Shown here piece by piece: positions 40,282-49,698 of a stretch of DNA of 64,000 nt. Source of the stretch: Acidobacteriota bacterium. GTDB taxonomy: Bacteria > Acidobacteriota > Vicinamibacteria > Vicinamibacterales > SCN-69-37. Below the pieces are notes generated by a model, which made no database searches, had not been told where the DNA came from, and worked only from the letters and a program-made list of their open reading frames with translations. Location: NCBI GenBank assembly GCA_024653875.1, contig JANLHE010000192.1, positions 565 through 64,564 on the forward strand, given 5' to 3'. A program made the translations under genes and the position numbers. Within the stretch, counting starts at the first letter, position 1. Every line of letters begins with the position of its first letter.

Positions 40282-40835
40282 GAAAGCTGATCGCGGTATT
40301 CGCCTGTGTTGTCGTCACCCTCGCGTGCGATGTGCAGAACAAGACAGCCTTGCAGGAGCAGGCCGCCACGGAGGCGAACCAAGCGGGCCTTCTCGCCACG
40401 CAACCCCCGCCGTCGCTGTCCTGGTCGATGGAGCGCGACAACCTGATCAAGCGGTTCAAGCTGATGAACGACCGGGCGGTCGTGTTCTACATGTACGTGT
40501 TCATCGAGGGCGTCGCGGACCCGGTCGGCTACTACATGGTGAACAAGGTGTCGTCGGTGGACTCGCAGCTGACCAATCCCATGCAGATCGTGCAGGCGTA
40601 TTCCGGTGGGGAGCGGAACGTCCTGCCGTCGCCCGCGGAAGACGGCAGCTACGGCACGAACGGCACCGGCGTCTTCGGCTTTACGCCGGAGGACGCTTAT
40701 GTCGAGCACAACCTGAAGTACATCACATCAACGATCCCGCTGACGTTCGCGAAGCCTGTGCAACGGCTGGCGATTGTGACGAGCGAAGAAGCGCAGGCGA
40801 TGCTGAAGACGAGCAAGGCGGCAATGGCGAAGTGA
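40278..40835 (+). CDS. Lipoprotein (185 aa)
   Basis: MRKLIAVFACVVVTLACDV gives a signal peptide with a lipobox-like TLAC. ATGA overlap. Followed by the hairpin GGCCCCTG-N7-CAGGGGCC (40872-40894). Confidence 0.5.
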   Translation: MRKLIAVFACVVVTLACDVQNKTALQEQAATEANQAGLLATQPPPSLSWSMERDNLIKRFKLMNDRAVVFYMYVFIEGVADPVGYYMVNKVSSVDSQLTNPMQIVQAYSGGERNVLPSPAEDGSYGTNGTGVFGFTPEDAYVEHNLKYITSTIPLTFAKPVQRLAIVTSEEAQAMLKTSKAAMAK

Positions 40836-40911
40836 TGCACCTGGCGAAGGCGGGGCTGCAACTAAAAGTTCGGCCCCTGCTGTGAACAGGGGCCAGTGAG
40901 GGGAGAACCGA

Positions 40912-41109
40912 ATGATGAGTGAACAGACACAGGATAGCACAAAGCCGAAGCGCCTCAAGGCGATTCCGACACGCGAGGTGCTTGGAATTATTACGGCCAC
41001 CTGGAAAGAAATGGTTGGATATCGCGGCGACTACGAACGCGGATGGCGGGATGCGCTCCGGCTCGTTCGTGAAGAAGTCGAGAAGTCGGCCGATGGCGGT
41101 GTCAAATGA
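40912..41109 (+). CDS. Hypothetical 65-aa protein
   Basis: Track ORF with a GGGGAG SD-like sequence upstream. Confidence 0.4.
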   Translation: MMSEQTQDSTKPKRLKAIPTREVLGIITATWKEMVGYRGDYERGWRDALRLVREEVEKSADGGVK

Positions 41110-41675
41110 GCGCTATTCACGACCACGAAGCCGACGCCCTGCCGCAAGCGCGCCAGAACAGACAAAGTGTGCTGGCGCTGATTCGCAAGTCCGGCCCGGC
41201 CTTCGAGCCTTCCGCAGGGATGTCCATTCAAGAGCGGGACCTGACGATCGCCCTGCTGGTGGATCGGTTGGTGCCCCTCCTGTACTACGCGATGCAGGCC
41301 CACGCCCTGGGCGCCATCGACAACGTGCACCTGGACGAACTCCCGGAGGCGACGATCACCACCTTGCGCCGGAGCGCCCGGCAGGCCCTGAACGGCCAGT
41401 CCAGCCTGCACCGGGACGAAGCCCGGCGGGTGGCACGGTTGGCACTGGCGAAGGAAGTGAAAGACGCCGCGCTGCACTTCCCTTACCTGAACCCGTGCGC
41501 GGATGACGCGGAACAGCGCCGGCGCCAGTCGGCCATGAACATCGTCATGCGCCACCTGGAACTGATGAAGGTGGACGAGCGGACTGTGGAGGCCTTCGAG
41601 GAGGCGCTGGCGACGCCGATCACGGGCACGGCGGGATCGCAGGTGGCACGGATGGCGATCGGAGGGTGGCGATGA
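41106..41675 (+). CDS. Hypothetical 189-aa protein
   Basis: Track ORF with ATGA overlaps at both ends. Confidence 0.45.
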   Translation: MSAIHDHEADALPQARQNRQSVLALIRKSGPAFEPSAGMSIQERDLTIALLVDRLVPLLYYAMQAHALGAIDNVHLDELPEATITTLRRSARQALNGQSSLHRDEARRVARLALAKEVKDAALHFPYLNPCADDAEQRRRQSAMNIVMRHLELMKVDERTVEAFEEALATPITGTAGSQVARMAIGGWR

Positions 41676-42619
41676 CCACGACCGCACTCGCACCCGTCGA
41701 ACGGCACGAACTGGCGTTGGACCGGCCGGCCACCGCTGTTGAAATCCGCGCCCAGGTGAACCTGATTCAGGAAGTGATGAAGGCCGTCATGATGGACGGC
41801 GTCCATTTCGGCACGATTCCTGGCACACCTAAGCCCACCCTCTACAAGCCGGGCTCCGAGAAGATCCTCAGCACGTTCCGGATCGCCATCGAGCCCATCG
41901 TCGCGGACCTGTCCACGCACGACGAAGCGCGGTATCGAGTGGAGACGCGTGCGACGTCACAAGCCACCGGCATGTATCTCGGGTCGGGCACAGGTGAAGC
42001 CTCCTCGAACGAAGAGAAGTACCGCTGGCGGAAGGCCGTGTGCCAGGAGGAGTTCGACGCCACGCCCGAGGATCGGCGCCGGAGCGTCTGGAAGAAAGGC
42101 CAGAACGGCGCCTATCAGATCCCGCAGGTCAGGACGAATCACGCGGATGTCGCCAACACCATCCTGAAAATGGCGAAGAAGCGGTCCCAGATCGACGTGA
42201 CACTGACGGTCACCGCCGCCTCTGACGTGTTCGCGCAGGACATCGAGGACCTACCAGAGGGCGTGCGTGAGGCCGTGGCGTCCGAGGAAGGCGCCAGGCC
42301 CGCCGCGAAGCCGCCCGTCCAGGCCCCCCAACGCAAGTCGCAGAGCACGGCACCGGCTGGCAATCTCGCGTCGTGCAAGGTGAAGGTCAGCGGCCTGCAG
42401 TCCAAGGATGGCGAGAGCGAGAAAGGCCCGTGGCGCAAGTGGGCGTTCAAGGGGAGCGACGGCAAGTGGTACTCGACCTTTGACACCATCGTGTCCACCA
42501 CGCTCCGAGAGGCCGAAGAGGGCGGGGACGTCGTGGAACTGACGTTCACCGAGGACAAGTACGGCCGGAACATCAAGACCATCGCCATCGTGAGCCGTGA
42601 ACCTGGAGCGGAGGGATGA
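41672..42619 (+). CDS. Putative single-strand annealing recombinase (family uncertain)
   Basis: GGAGGG SD and an ATGA overlap. Motifs HFGTIPGTPKPTLYKPGSEKIL and ILKMAKKRSQIDVTLTVTAASDVFAQD. Immediately followed by a PD-(D/E)XK exonuclease gene. Confidence 0.4.
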   Translation: MTTTALAPVERHELALDRPATAVEIRAQVNLIQEVMKAVMMDGVHFGTIPGTPKPTLYKPGSEKILSTFRIAIEPIVADLSTHDEARYRVETRATSQATGMYLGSGTGEASSNEEKYRWRKAVCQEEFDATPEDRRRSVWKKGQNGAYQIPQVRTNHADVANTILKMAKKRSQIDVTLTVTAASDVFAQDIEDLPEGVREAVASEEGARPAAKPPVQAPQRKSQSTAPAGNLASCKVKVSGLQSKDGESEKGPWRKWAFKGSDGKWYSTFDTIVSTTLREAEEGGDVVELTFTEDKYGRNIKTIAIVSREPGAEG

Positions 42620-43272
42620 GCGTCCCTGGCACCCTCTGGGTGAAGAACGACGCGCGCATGACCTTCGACGAAGCGAGTCATGTTTACCGGCTCGGCGACA
42701 TGGTGCTGACTTCCGTCACACAGATCCTCGCAGAGGCGGGGCTGGCCCAGTTCGACGGGCCATGGTTCTCGGATGCCGTGAAGGCCCGCGGGACCCATCT
42801 GCACACCGCGATCGCCCTGGACGTGGAAGGGGACCTGGACGAGGACACCCTGGACGAGCAGCTGCTGGGCGGCGTGACCGGCTGGCGCAAGTTCATGGCC
42901 GACACCGGCGCGCGGATCGAGTTCGCGGAGTTCCCCTTGTGCGACCCGGAGTCGCGCACGGCGGGCCGACTGGATTACATCGTTGTGATCCCTGATCAGA
43001 AACACCCCGGCCGGACACTCCGCACGGTGCTGGACGTGAAGCGCGCGCTGTATCCGTCGGCGGCAATTCAGTTAGCCGCTTACGCCGAGATGGCCCTCCC
43101 GCTCTACGCGCAGCACCCGTTGTTCTCCCGCGCAGCCTTGGTGCTGCCCGGGGACGGCTCGTACCGGCTCCACCGATTCACCGACCCGACTGATCGCGCC
43201 ACCTGGCACGCCGCCGTGCGCGTCGTGAACTGGCGCAAAGAACACCTGAAGGAGTTGGCCCATGTCGCATGA
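42616..43272 (+). CDS. PD-(D/E)XK (RecB/Cas4-like) exonuclease
   Basis: Motifs SHVYRLGDMVLTSVTQIL, GTHLH, GRLDYIVV and LDVKRA (a D...D-x-K arrangement). Confidence 0.55.
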   Translation: MSVPGTLWVKNDARMTFDEASHVYRLGDMVLTSVTQILAEAGLAQFDGPWFSDAVKARGTHLHTAIALDVEGDLDEDTLDEQLLGGVTGWRKFMADTGARIEFAEFPLCDPESRTAGRLDYIVVIPDQKHPGRTLRTVLDVKRALYPSAAIQLAAYAEMALPLYAQHPLFSRAALVLPGDGSYRLHRFTDPTDRATWHAAVRVVNWRKEHLKELAHVA

Positions 43273-43984
43273 GACTGCCGTACTTGAGACCCCGGAAACC
43301 GCCGCGGTCATGGCCCAGGCTTTGACCTGGCCGGAGAAGGCGCGCGCGCTGACCGTCACCAGTGACGAGACGTATGCCGCCGCCGCGGACATCCTGAAAG
43401 GGATCAAGGCGCTGCGTGGGGAAGTGGACGCGGCGTTTGGCCCCATTGTCAGGGCCGCGTTCACGGCCCATCGAACGGCCGTCGAACAGAAGCGGAAGGC
43501 GGAAGCCCCGCTGACGGAGGCGGAAGCCATCATCAAGCGGTCACTGGGGGACTACAACACCGAACAGCAGCGCCTCCGTGACGCGCAGCGCCGGGAAGAC
43601 GAGCGTCTTGCCCGTGAGGCCGAAGAGGCGCGGGTCCTGGCGGAAGCCGCGGCGATGGAATCTGAGGGCCATCAGTTCGGTGACGAGGCGATGGTGGCCG
43701 AAGCCCACGCCATGATCGAGCGGCCCATCGTGGCAGCGCCCATCGCGCCGGCGCCGCGGCCTGTGCCGGCCGTGGCCGGGGTCAGCCACCGCACGACCTA
43801 CAGCGCCGAGGTGACCAACTTCGCGCAGTTCGTGGCGCACATCGCCGCCCATCCCAACCTCCTACCGTTGCTCCAGGTGAATCAGACGGCGTTGAACGGT
43901 CAGGCGCGCAGCCTCAAAGAGATGCTGTCGCTGCCAGGGGTGCGCGTCGTCAAGACCAACACGGTGGCCGCAGGGAACCGGTGA
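43262..43984 (+). CDS. Conserved phage coiled-coil protein (240 aa)
   Basis: Track ORF. Its N-terminus has the pattern typical of proteins encoded next to phage recombinases (LTVTSDETYAAAADILKGIKALRGEVDAAFGPIV). Confidence 0.45.
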   Translation: MSHETAVLETPETAAVMAQALTWPEKARALTVTSDETYAAAADILKGIKALRGEVDAAFGPIVRAAFTAHRTAVEQKRKAEAPLTEAEAIIKRSLGDYNTEQQRLRDAQRREDERLAREAEEARVLAEAAAMESEGHQFGDEAMVAEAHAMIERPIVAAPIAPAPRPVPAVAGVSHRTTYSAEVTNFAQFVAHIAAHPNLLPLLQVNQTALNGQARSLKEMLSLPGVRVVKTNTVAAGNR

Positions 43985-44583
43985 TGGCCTTCGGGATGCT
44001 CACCAAGCCCGTGCCGCTGACGCGGGAACAGCGCCAAGCCAAGCGGGCGGCGCGGAAGAACGCACGGGTCGACGCCAAGTTCGGCCGGGTGAAGGTGCGT
44101 GATAACGCGAGCAACTGCGCGGAGCTGGCCCTGTCGAAGGGCGTGACCAGCGACGAACAGATCGCTGCTGAGCACACAGCCGAAGTGAAACAGATCCGGC
44201 TGACGCGTGCGAAGGTGTTTCGCCGCTCCCAGTTCTGCGAGTGCTGTGGCGACTCCGAACAGGAGACCTCTCAGAAGTCCCCGAAGGCTGCACACGAGAT
44301 GCACGAGACGACGCCGCGGTCATTGACGCGCGGGTTGCCGCCGGCTGAGCGATTCAACGTCCGTATCTGCATGAGGGCCTGCGCGATTTGTCATCCGCTC
44401 CTGCAGCGCCGTGTGCTTCGCATCGACTTCCACAACGACGAACGCCGGATGACAGGCGATTACGACGTGATTGATGGGGCCACGGGGCACATCATCCGCC
44501 ACATGCGGCGCGGTGTAGATCGTCGCATCGCCCTACTTTCCACTGAGAAGTATCGCTACATCAGCGAACAGAGGGGAGCGTAG
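43981..44583 (+). CDS. Zinc-binding HNH-like/NinG-like nuclease candidate
   Basis: CECCG...HEMHE...CAICH arrangement. GTGATG overlap start. Confidence 0.35.
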   Translation: MMAFGMLTKPVPLTREQRQAKRAARKNARVDAKFGRVKVRDNASNCAELALSKGVTSDEQIAAEHTAEVKQIRLTRAKVFRRSQFCECCGDSEQETSQKSPKAAHEMHETTPRSLTRGLPPAERFNVRICMRACAICHPLLQRRVLRIDFHNDERRMTGDYDVIDGATGHIIRHMRRGVDRRIALLSTEKYRYISEQRGA

Positions 44584-44586
44584 CCC

Positions 44587-44757
44587 ATGAGCGAATCACG
44601 CAAGGTGTTTGACATCGAGCGGCAGCTTGCCCGCCGGCATCGTCGCCAGCACTGGCTGAAGGTGCTGAACGTGGCTGGGCTGCTGGCGTTTGGGGCTGTC
44701 GCGTTGTGGGCCGTGTGGTCCTTGCTGGGCTACCTGGCCGGGGCGGTGGTCCTGTGA
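44587..44757 (+). CDS. 56-aa C-terminally TM-anchored protein
   Basis: Below the track cutoff. Sequence MSESRKVFDIERQLARRHRRQHWLKVLNVAGLLAFGAVALWAVWSLLGYLAGAVVL. Confidence 0.35.
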   Translation: MSESRKVFDIERQLARRHRRQHWLKVLNVAGLLAFGAVALWAVWSLLGYLAGAVVL

Positions 44758-44981
44758 GGCCATTGGAGTCCGCCGAACACTTAGAAGGAGAGCGCCTATT
44801 GTGGCGTGATCATGCCCTTATGTTCGAGCGCCTGATTGTGCGTCTCGCTGAGGCGCGCCGAGCGATCAGAAACGCGCAAAGCAAACCCGCCTACCTCTCA
44901 GCCGCCACCGACGAATGGGACGCGTTGCGTGAGATTGATGGGTTCGTGAGCCATGTTCAAGGAAGCAAGGTGACGCGATGA
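44754..44981 (+). CDS. Hypothetical 75-aa protein
   Basis: GTGA overlap start, in frame with track ORF 44706..44981. Confidence 0.3.
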   Translation: MRPLESAEHLEGERLLWRDHALMFERLIVRLAEARRAIRNAQSKPAYLSAATDEWDALREIDGFVSHVQGSKVTR

Positions 44982-45184
44982 GGTTGTCCTGGCTGCGCTC
45001 GCTGTTCATTAGCCCCGGCGCCCCGCTGACTGACGAGTGGCGCAAGTCCCACGCGGCGGAATCGCTGAAGGCGGGATGGGATGGCCCCCGCTGGCGGACC
45101 CCCAAGGAACGCGCGGACATGATGCGGCAGGAGCGCCGGGCCGCGATGCGCGTGGTGCCGGACTTGAAAGCGAGGGCGAAGTGA
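44978..45184 (+). CDS. Hypothetical 68-aa basic protein
   Basis: Track ORF with an ATGA overlap. Confidence 0.4.
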   Translation: MRLSWLRSLFISPGAPLTDEWRKSHAAESLKAGWDGPRWRTPKERADMMRQERRAAMRVVPDLKARAK

Positions 45185-45909
45185 TGGCGGATCGACTGAC
45201 GGAGGCAGAGGTGACGGAGGCGCGGGCGCTCTGTGAAGGCCTGTCAGCGCGTCTGGCAGATGGCCGCGTCGAGGAGGGCTGGCGCGACGTGATGGCGCTG
45301 GTGTCACGGCTGCGGGAGGCGCATGAGGCGCTTCAGCTGGAGTTTGATGCGCTTCAGGAGGATCACGATGCCGTGCGCTACCGCGAGGGCGCGACGTTCG
45401 ATGAACTCAAGTTGCGGCGGCAGGAACTGTTTGCCGTGGGTGCCGACCGTGACCGGCTGGCCGGGGAAGTGGAGCGGCTGACACTGGCGCTGACTAACCA
45501 CTTGTGCCAACACGACATGGCGGACTGGATGGCTTGTGCTGGCGGCCATGACACTGAGTGTGTTGTGTGCCAGCACGACAAGGGCACTGAACACACATGG
45601 CTGGCCCGCGCCGAAAAGGCCGAAGCCGAAGTCGCCCGCCTGACCGCCCTCGTCCCCACGCCCCTGGACGCCGAACTCGACGTGGTAGTCCGTGACCATG
45701 TGTGGGAGCTGCAGCAGGAGGTGATCCGCCTGAACGACGAGAACAATGCCCGCCGTGAACAGTGGGAGGCGCTCAAGGTCGCTATCCAATCCCTGCGGAT
45801 GCCTGGACAGATGGTAAGCGGTGGAAGCCAATGGACAGCCGCGTGTGCTCGGGATCAGATTGCCCGAAACCTACAGGCGAACATGACCGACCTGGAGGCC
45901 CAGCAATGA
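45184..45909 (+). CDS. Coiled-coil protein with Cys/His cluster (241 aa)
   Basis: TGATG overlap start, in frame with track ORF 45037..45909. Cluster HLCQHDMADWMACAGGHDTECVVCQHD. Confidence 0.45.
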   Translation: MADRLTEAEVTEARALCEGLSARLADGRVEEGWRDVMALVSRLREAHEALQLEFDALQEDHDAVRYREGATFDELKLRRQELFAVGADRDRLAGEVERLTLALTNHLCQHDMADWMACAGGHDTECVVCQHDKGTEHTWLARAEKAEAEVARLTALVPTPLDAELDVVVRDHVWELQQEVIRLNDENNARREQWEALKVAIQSLRMPGQMVSGGSQWTAACARDQIARNLQANMTDLEAQQ

Positions 45910-46160
45910 CACGTGACGAGATGGCGACGGCGTGTGAGGACGTGGCCGTTGGCGCCGTCGTGGAAGACGTGAACGTGCATCTATTCGCGGCGGCTGACGA
46001 ACTCCGCAAGACGTGCGCATGGGCGGTTGATGACGACGGCATCTATCACACCGGGTGCGGTCATGCGTGGTTCTTCGATACCGGAACGCCGGCTGAGAAC
46101 CAGCAGCAATTCTGCGGCTACTGCGGCGGCGCGTTGGAAACGAAGCAGGAGGGGCAGTAG
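45906..46160 (+). CDS. Small zinc-ribbon protein (84 aa)
   Basis: ATGA overlap start. Contains HTGCGH...CGYCGG. Confidence 0.4.
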   Translation: MTRDEMATACEDVAVGAVVEDVNVHLFAAADELRKTCAWAVDDDGIYHTGCGHAWFFDTGTPAENQQQFCGYCGGALETKQEGQ

Positions 46161-46325
46161 ATGGCGACGTTGATACTGCAAATCGTGGCGACGGCAGCGG
46201 CAGTATTTGCCTGCGGGTGTCTCCACAAGGACGCCATAAGCAACGATGTTGATTCCTTTTTAGCTCGCGGGTTGGAGTTGGTATTTCTCACCATGCTCCT
46301 GCTGGCGATCTGGAGGGTTTGGTGA
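46161..46325 (+). CDS. 54-aa membrane protein
   Basis: Below the track cutoff. AGGAGG SD. Two hydrophobic helices. Locally lower GC. Confidence 0.3.
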   Translation: MATLILQIVATAAAVFACGCLHKDAISNDVDSFLARGLELVFLTMLLLAIWRVW

Positions 46326-46573
46326 TGGCGATGCAAGTGACATCAGTTCTGGTGATTCCAACAAACGACACGTTTTCCCTTGGGTGCGCGACCTTTGGAG
46401 CCTCGCGGCGGGCGGATGGTCAGTTTCGCACACTCGTGAATCGTATCGAGCGCGTCTCGAAGAACGGTGAGATGGCTCCGATCCCGTGGCTGACTATCCA
46501 TATCAGCGAAGGCCTCACGGTTGAAGCCAGGGAAGCTGATTGCATCATTGTCACAGAGGCGGTGCGCCTATGA
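46325..46573 (+). CDS. Hypothetical 82-aa protein
   Basis: GGAGG lies 8 nt upstream of the ATG at 46325 (TGATG overlap), in frame with track ORF 46319..46573. Confidence 0.4.
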   Translation: MAMQVTSVLVIPTNDTFSLGCATFGASRRADGQFRTLVNRIERVSKNGEMAPIPWLTIHISEGLTVEAREADCIIVTEAVRL

Positions 46574-46968
46574 CCCCCGACCGCACGGCGTGCCTCGCGT
46601 GGGTGCAGGACAGGGCTGACAAGGCATACAAGGGTGCGCTGTTCGCGTCGGAAGCTGAGCTTCGCAGCACGTCTACGCAAGAGGCGCTGTCTTGGCATCA
46701 ACGCGGTATGGACGATGCTGACGATGCCAATCACTTCGACGCCCTCGCCGCGCTGCTGGAGGCGCAGCAGTGGCAGCCAATTACGACGGCCCCGAAGGAT
46801 GGGACGCCCGTGGTGCTGTATATGGGCGACTGGCTTGAGCCGTGTTTCTTGGCGGCGCATTACGCTGGGGCGTCTTGGCTGGTAGGCCAGCACGCGACCG
46901 TGGACGGGCCGACTCACTGGTTTCCGCTCCCCCTTCCTGTACCGCCCCCAGAGGAGCCGAGCCGATGA
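46570..46968 (+). CDS. DUF551-like phage protein
   Basis: ATGA overlap start. The C-terminal WQPITTAPKDGTPVVLY matches the DUF551 signature as I recall it. Confidence 0.45.
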   Translation: MTPDRTACLAWVQDRADKAYKGALFASEAELRSTSTQEALSWHQRGMDDADDANHFDALAALLEAQQWQPITTAPKDGTPVVLYMGDWLEPCFLAAHYAGASWLVGQHATVDGPTHWFPLPLPVPPPEEPSR

Positions 46969-48311
46969 GTGACCAGACGTTTACGGCAGAGCAGTATGAG
47001 GACGCGGCACAAGCCTCGTTCCTATCCTCGTCCCGGACAGACGCAAGCAAGTTACGGGACATGATCCGCTACGCGGCAGGGCTGGCGAAGGAGAACCAGG
47101 GGTTGACAGCGGAAAGTGCAGGTCGCCTGAAAACGCTGTTGCGCACGGACGAAGAACGCCGCGATGAGTGGACCCGCGCCGAGAACGCCCTTGCGGACTT
47201 TGACGCCCTCCGCGCCGTGATTCAGCAGGAGGTGTTTAACGACGATTCAGCCTCGAACTCCTTTGTTCGCATTGTTGGAGCGGCGGGCCTCTGGCCCAAG
47301 GGGGAGCAGGTGCCTGTCAGTTTGCCGCCACAGGCCGACGCGCTCCCACCGCAGACGCGCACCATGTTCACCGGGGATGAAGTGTCTACCCTACTGGAAT
47401 ACCTGACGCCCAAGGGGGAGCAAGCGCCGACGCAGCCTGTGGACATTACGACCGCCACCATGCAGGCCCATGCCCGACTCGCCAAAGCGCACTTCGTCAA
47501 GCGCGAACACGACCACGATGACGAGGGGGAGCAAGCGCCCGAGCCACGTCCACCTGTTTTTCACCCCACGATGCCCTCCACGTCCGGCGTGTGCAGTCAC
47601 GTTCACCCGCAAACGACCTGTCCGAAGTGTCACCCGGTGCGTGTCGCGGCGGCGTGTCAGCCATTCGATGATGGCCGCGATGTCCGGTGTCAGTGCGAGG
47701 TGTATCAGACGTGCCAGTGGTGCAGGCCCAAGGGGGAGCAAGCGCCACAGGAATCGCCCGCGCCGACACAACCCCAGTGGCGCTGCACCCTCTGCGGCTG
47801 CCTTTGGCGGCGCGAGTGGCCGGATTCGTGGTCCCTGTGGGACACCAATCAACGCTCCTGCGAAGTGTGCGACAACTCGACGGAGTTCGGGCGCGTGATT
47901 ACGCGTGTCGTTCCCTCACCTGCGGAGCGTGCCGAGCAATGGCTCCGGCTGCACGCGAACGATTACAACTCGCCCGCCTCGGTCAAGTGCGCGGTGCGGG
48001 ACTTTGTGACCCACAACGCGGCCACGTGTGCGTACTGCAACCCCGCGCCAGAACCGAAGGGGGAGGCACATCTGCCAGCGCCAGGGCACACCTGCACCTA
48101 CGCGATACCGTTCACGCCAGACGACAAACTCCACGCCGCCGCTGACTTGGAACGGGCGATGGCCGACGTGCCGGACATGCTGCGCGCGGAACACGCCACG
48201 GTCACGAAGGTGATCGCGATGGTGGAGGCACGGCGTTGGGAGACCCGGTGGGAGCGCAGCGAATCAGAGTGGCTCGGCGACGTGCTGGCCGCGCTGCGGG
48301 AGGGCCGCTGA
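46965..48311 (+). CDS. 448-aa Cys-rich modular protein with five PKGEQAP-type linkers
   Basis: ATGA overlap start. Several CxxC pairs. A 20-nt DNA repeat encodes the linkers (see repeat 47295-48070). Confidence 0.5.
   Translation: MSDQTFTAEQYEDAAQASFLSSSRTDASKLRDMIRYAAGLAKENQGLTAESAGRLKTLLRTDEERRDEWTRAENALADFDALRAVIQQEVFNDDSASNSFVRIVGAAGLWPKGEQVPVSLPPQADALPPQTRTMFTGDEVSTLLEYLTPKGEQAPTQPVDITTATMQAHARLAKAHFVKREHDHDDEGEQAPEPRPPVFHPTMPSTSGVCSHVHPQTTCPKCHPVRVAAACQPFDDGRDVRCQCEVYQTCQWCRPKGEQAPQESPAPTQPQWRCTLCGCLWRREWPDSWSLWDTNQRSCEVCDNSTEFGRVITRVVPSPAERAEQWLRLHANDYNSPASVKCAVRDFVTHNAATCAYCNPAPEPKGEAHLPAPGHTCTYAIPFTPDDKLHAAADLERAMADVPDMLRAEHATVTKVIAMVEARRWETRWERSESEWLGDVLAALREGR
47295..48070 (+). 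repeat. Dispersed in-frame repeat CCCAAGGGGGAGCAAGCGCC (2 perfect, 3 partial copies)
   Basis: Copies start at 47295, 47409, 47520, 47727 and 48054, with spacings of 114, 111, 207 and 327 nt. The copies at 47409 and 47727 are identical over 20 nt, including synonymous positions. Confidence 0.8.
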
Positions 48312-49288
48312 TGCCTCTCAGGACGGCGATTCAGTGGACGGACTTTTCGAGCAACCCAATTCGCTTCCGTCGTGCCGACGGCGAGCGCGTGAATTGGGCG
48401 TGCGTAAAGGTGTCGCCTGGGTGCGCGCACTGCTACAGCGCCACGATGGCGCATCGCTTCGGCGGCGAGGACTACACCGCGGGCGAGATGGCGAAGCTCA
48501 CTCCCTACTTGTGCGAGAAGGAACTGCGCGCCCTGCTGACCTCGAAGGCGATCAGCGGCAAGCGCGTGTTCGTCGGCGATATGACGGACATCTTCGGCGA
48601 GTGGGTCAGTGACGAGATGCTCGACCGACTGTTTGCGGCCATTTACATCCGTTCGGATGTGACGTGTCAGGTGCTCACGAAACGGGCTGATCGGGCGCAG
48701 AAGTACTTCACGGCTCGCTCGTACGATCAGCGGCCGTTGAGCGGGCAGTGGTTTCAATGGGGCCGCTTCTATCGAGGCGTGCCGCCCGAACAGGGTTGGC
48801 CAATCCGAAATCTCTGGCTGGGCGTGAGCGCCGAGAACCAGCAGGCGGCCGACGCGCGCATCCCGCTGTTGCTCCAGACACCGGCCGCGGTGCGGTTCGT
48901 TTCGGCTGAGCCGCTGATTGGACCCGTCTCGTTGTCGTTTGCGATGCGTCCGCCTGGTCCACCTGATCCGCCAGTCACAGGACCGGCATGGAACCGACGC
49001 ATGGTTGAGCCGCGCCCATGGATCGACTGGGTAATCGTCGGCGGCGAGAGCGGGCACGGTGCGAGGGATTGCGACGTGGCTTGGGTGCGGGAGATTGTCA
49101 AGCAATGCGGATGGTCGGGCGTGCCGGTGTTCGTAAAACAACTCGGCTCCCAACCGATCATTGGGCGCCGTGCCGAAGGCGCGTTCGTGCCGGACTACGA
49201 ATACCACTTCAGCGATCGCAAGGGCGGCGATCCGGGGGAATGGGCCGCTGATCTCCGCGTCCGCCAGTTCCCGGAGGATCGGTCATGA
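48311..49288 (+). CDS. Gp37/Gp68-family (DUF5131) protein
   Basis: TGATG overlap start. Motifs IQWTDFSSNP...GCAHCYS, VFVGDMTDIF, WLGVSAENQ, FVSAEPL and WVIVGGESG. Confidence 0.65.
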   Translation: MPLRTAIQWTDFSSNPIRFRRADGERVNWACVKVSPGCAHCYSATMAHRFGGEDYTAGEMAKLTPYLCEKELRALLTSKAISGKRVFVGDMTDIFGEWVSDEMLDRLFAAIYIRSDVTCQVLTKRADRAQKYFTARSYDQRPLSGQWFQWGRFYRGVPPEQGWPIRNLWLGVSAENQQAADARIPLLLQTPAAVRFVSAEPLIGPVSLSFAMRPPGPPDPPVTGPAWNRRMVEPRPWIDWVIVGGESGHGARDCDVAWVREIVKQCGWSGVPVFVKQLGSQPIIGRRAEGAFVPDYEYHFSDRKGGDPGEWAADLRVRQFPEDRS

Positions 49289-49698
49289 AAGCCGGAGTCC
49301 ATTCGACTACTGGCTATGTCTGGGTTCGCGCCATTGGGCATCCCAGATCGACCAACGGGTGGATTTACGAGCACACCCTCGTTGCAGAGAAGGCCTTCGG
49401 GAAACCCCTTCCACTAAAAGCGGTCGTGCATCATGTCAATGGGAACAGAGCAGATAACCGTCCGTGTAATCTGGCCATCCTTCCCGACCCGTATTACCAC
49501 GCTGCGCTGCACTACCGTCAAAAGGTCAGAGCGGCTGGTGGTAATCCATTTACCCAGCGTATTTGCAGCGCATGCAAAGAGGTAAAGGACTTCGATCAGT
49601 TCACTCACGCCAAGGGTCGCACGTTCCATTGTGAATGTAAGTCGTGCTCTCGTGAGCGATGCCGCATCTATGCACGCCGGGTGCGAGGGTCCCGCTGA
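49285..49698 (+). CDS. HNH endonuclease (homing-type)
   Basis: GYVWVR...EHTLVAEKAFGKPLP...VHHVNGNRADNRPCNL plus a C-terminal Cys cluster. GC is clearly lower than in the flanking genes. Confidence 0.7.
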   Translation: MKAGVHSTTGYVWVRAIGHPRSTNGWIYEHTLVAEKAFGKPLPLKAVVHHVNGNRADNRPCNLAILPDPYYHAALHYRQKVRAAGGNPFTQRICSACKEVKDFDQFTHAKGRTFHCECKSCSRERCRIYARRVRGSR

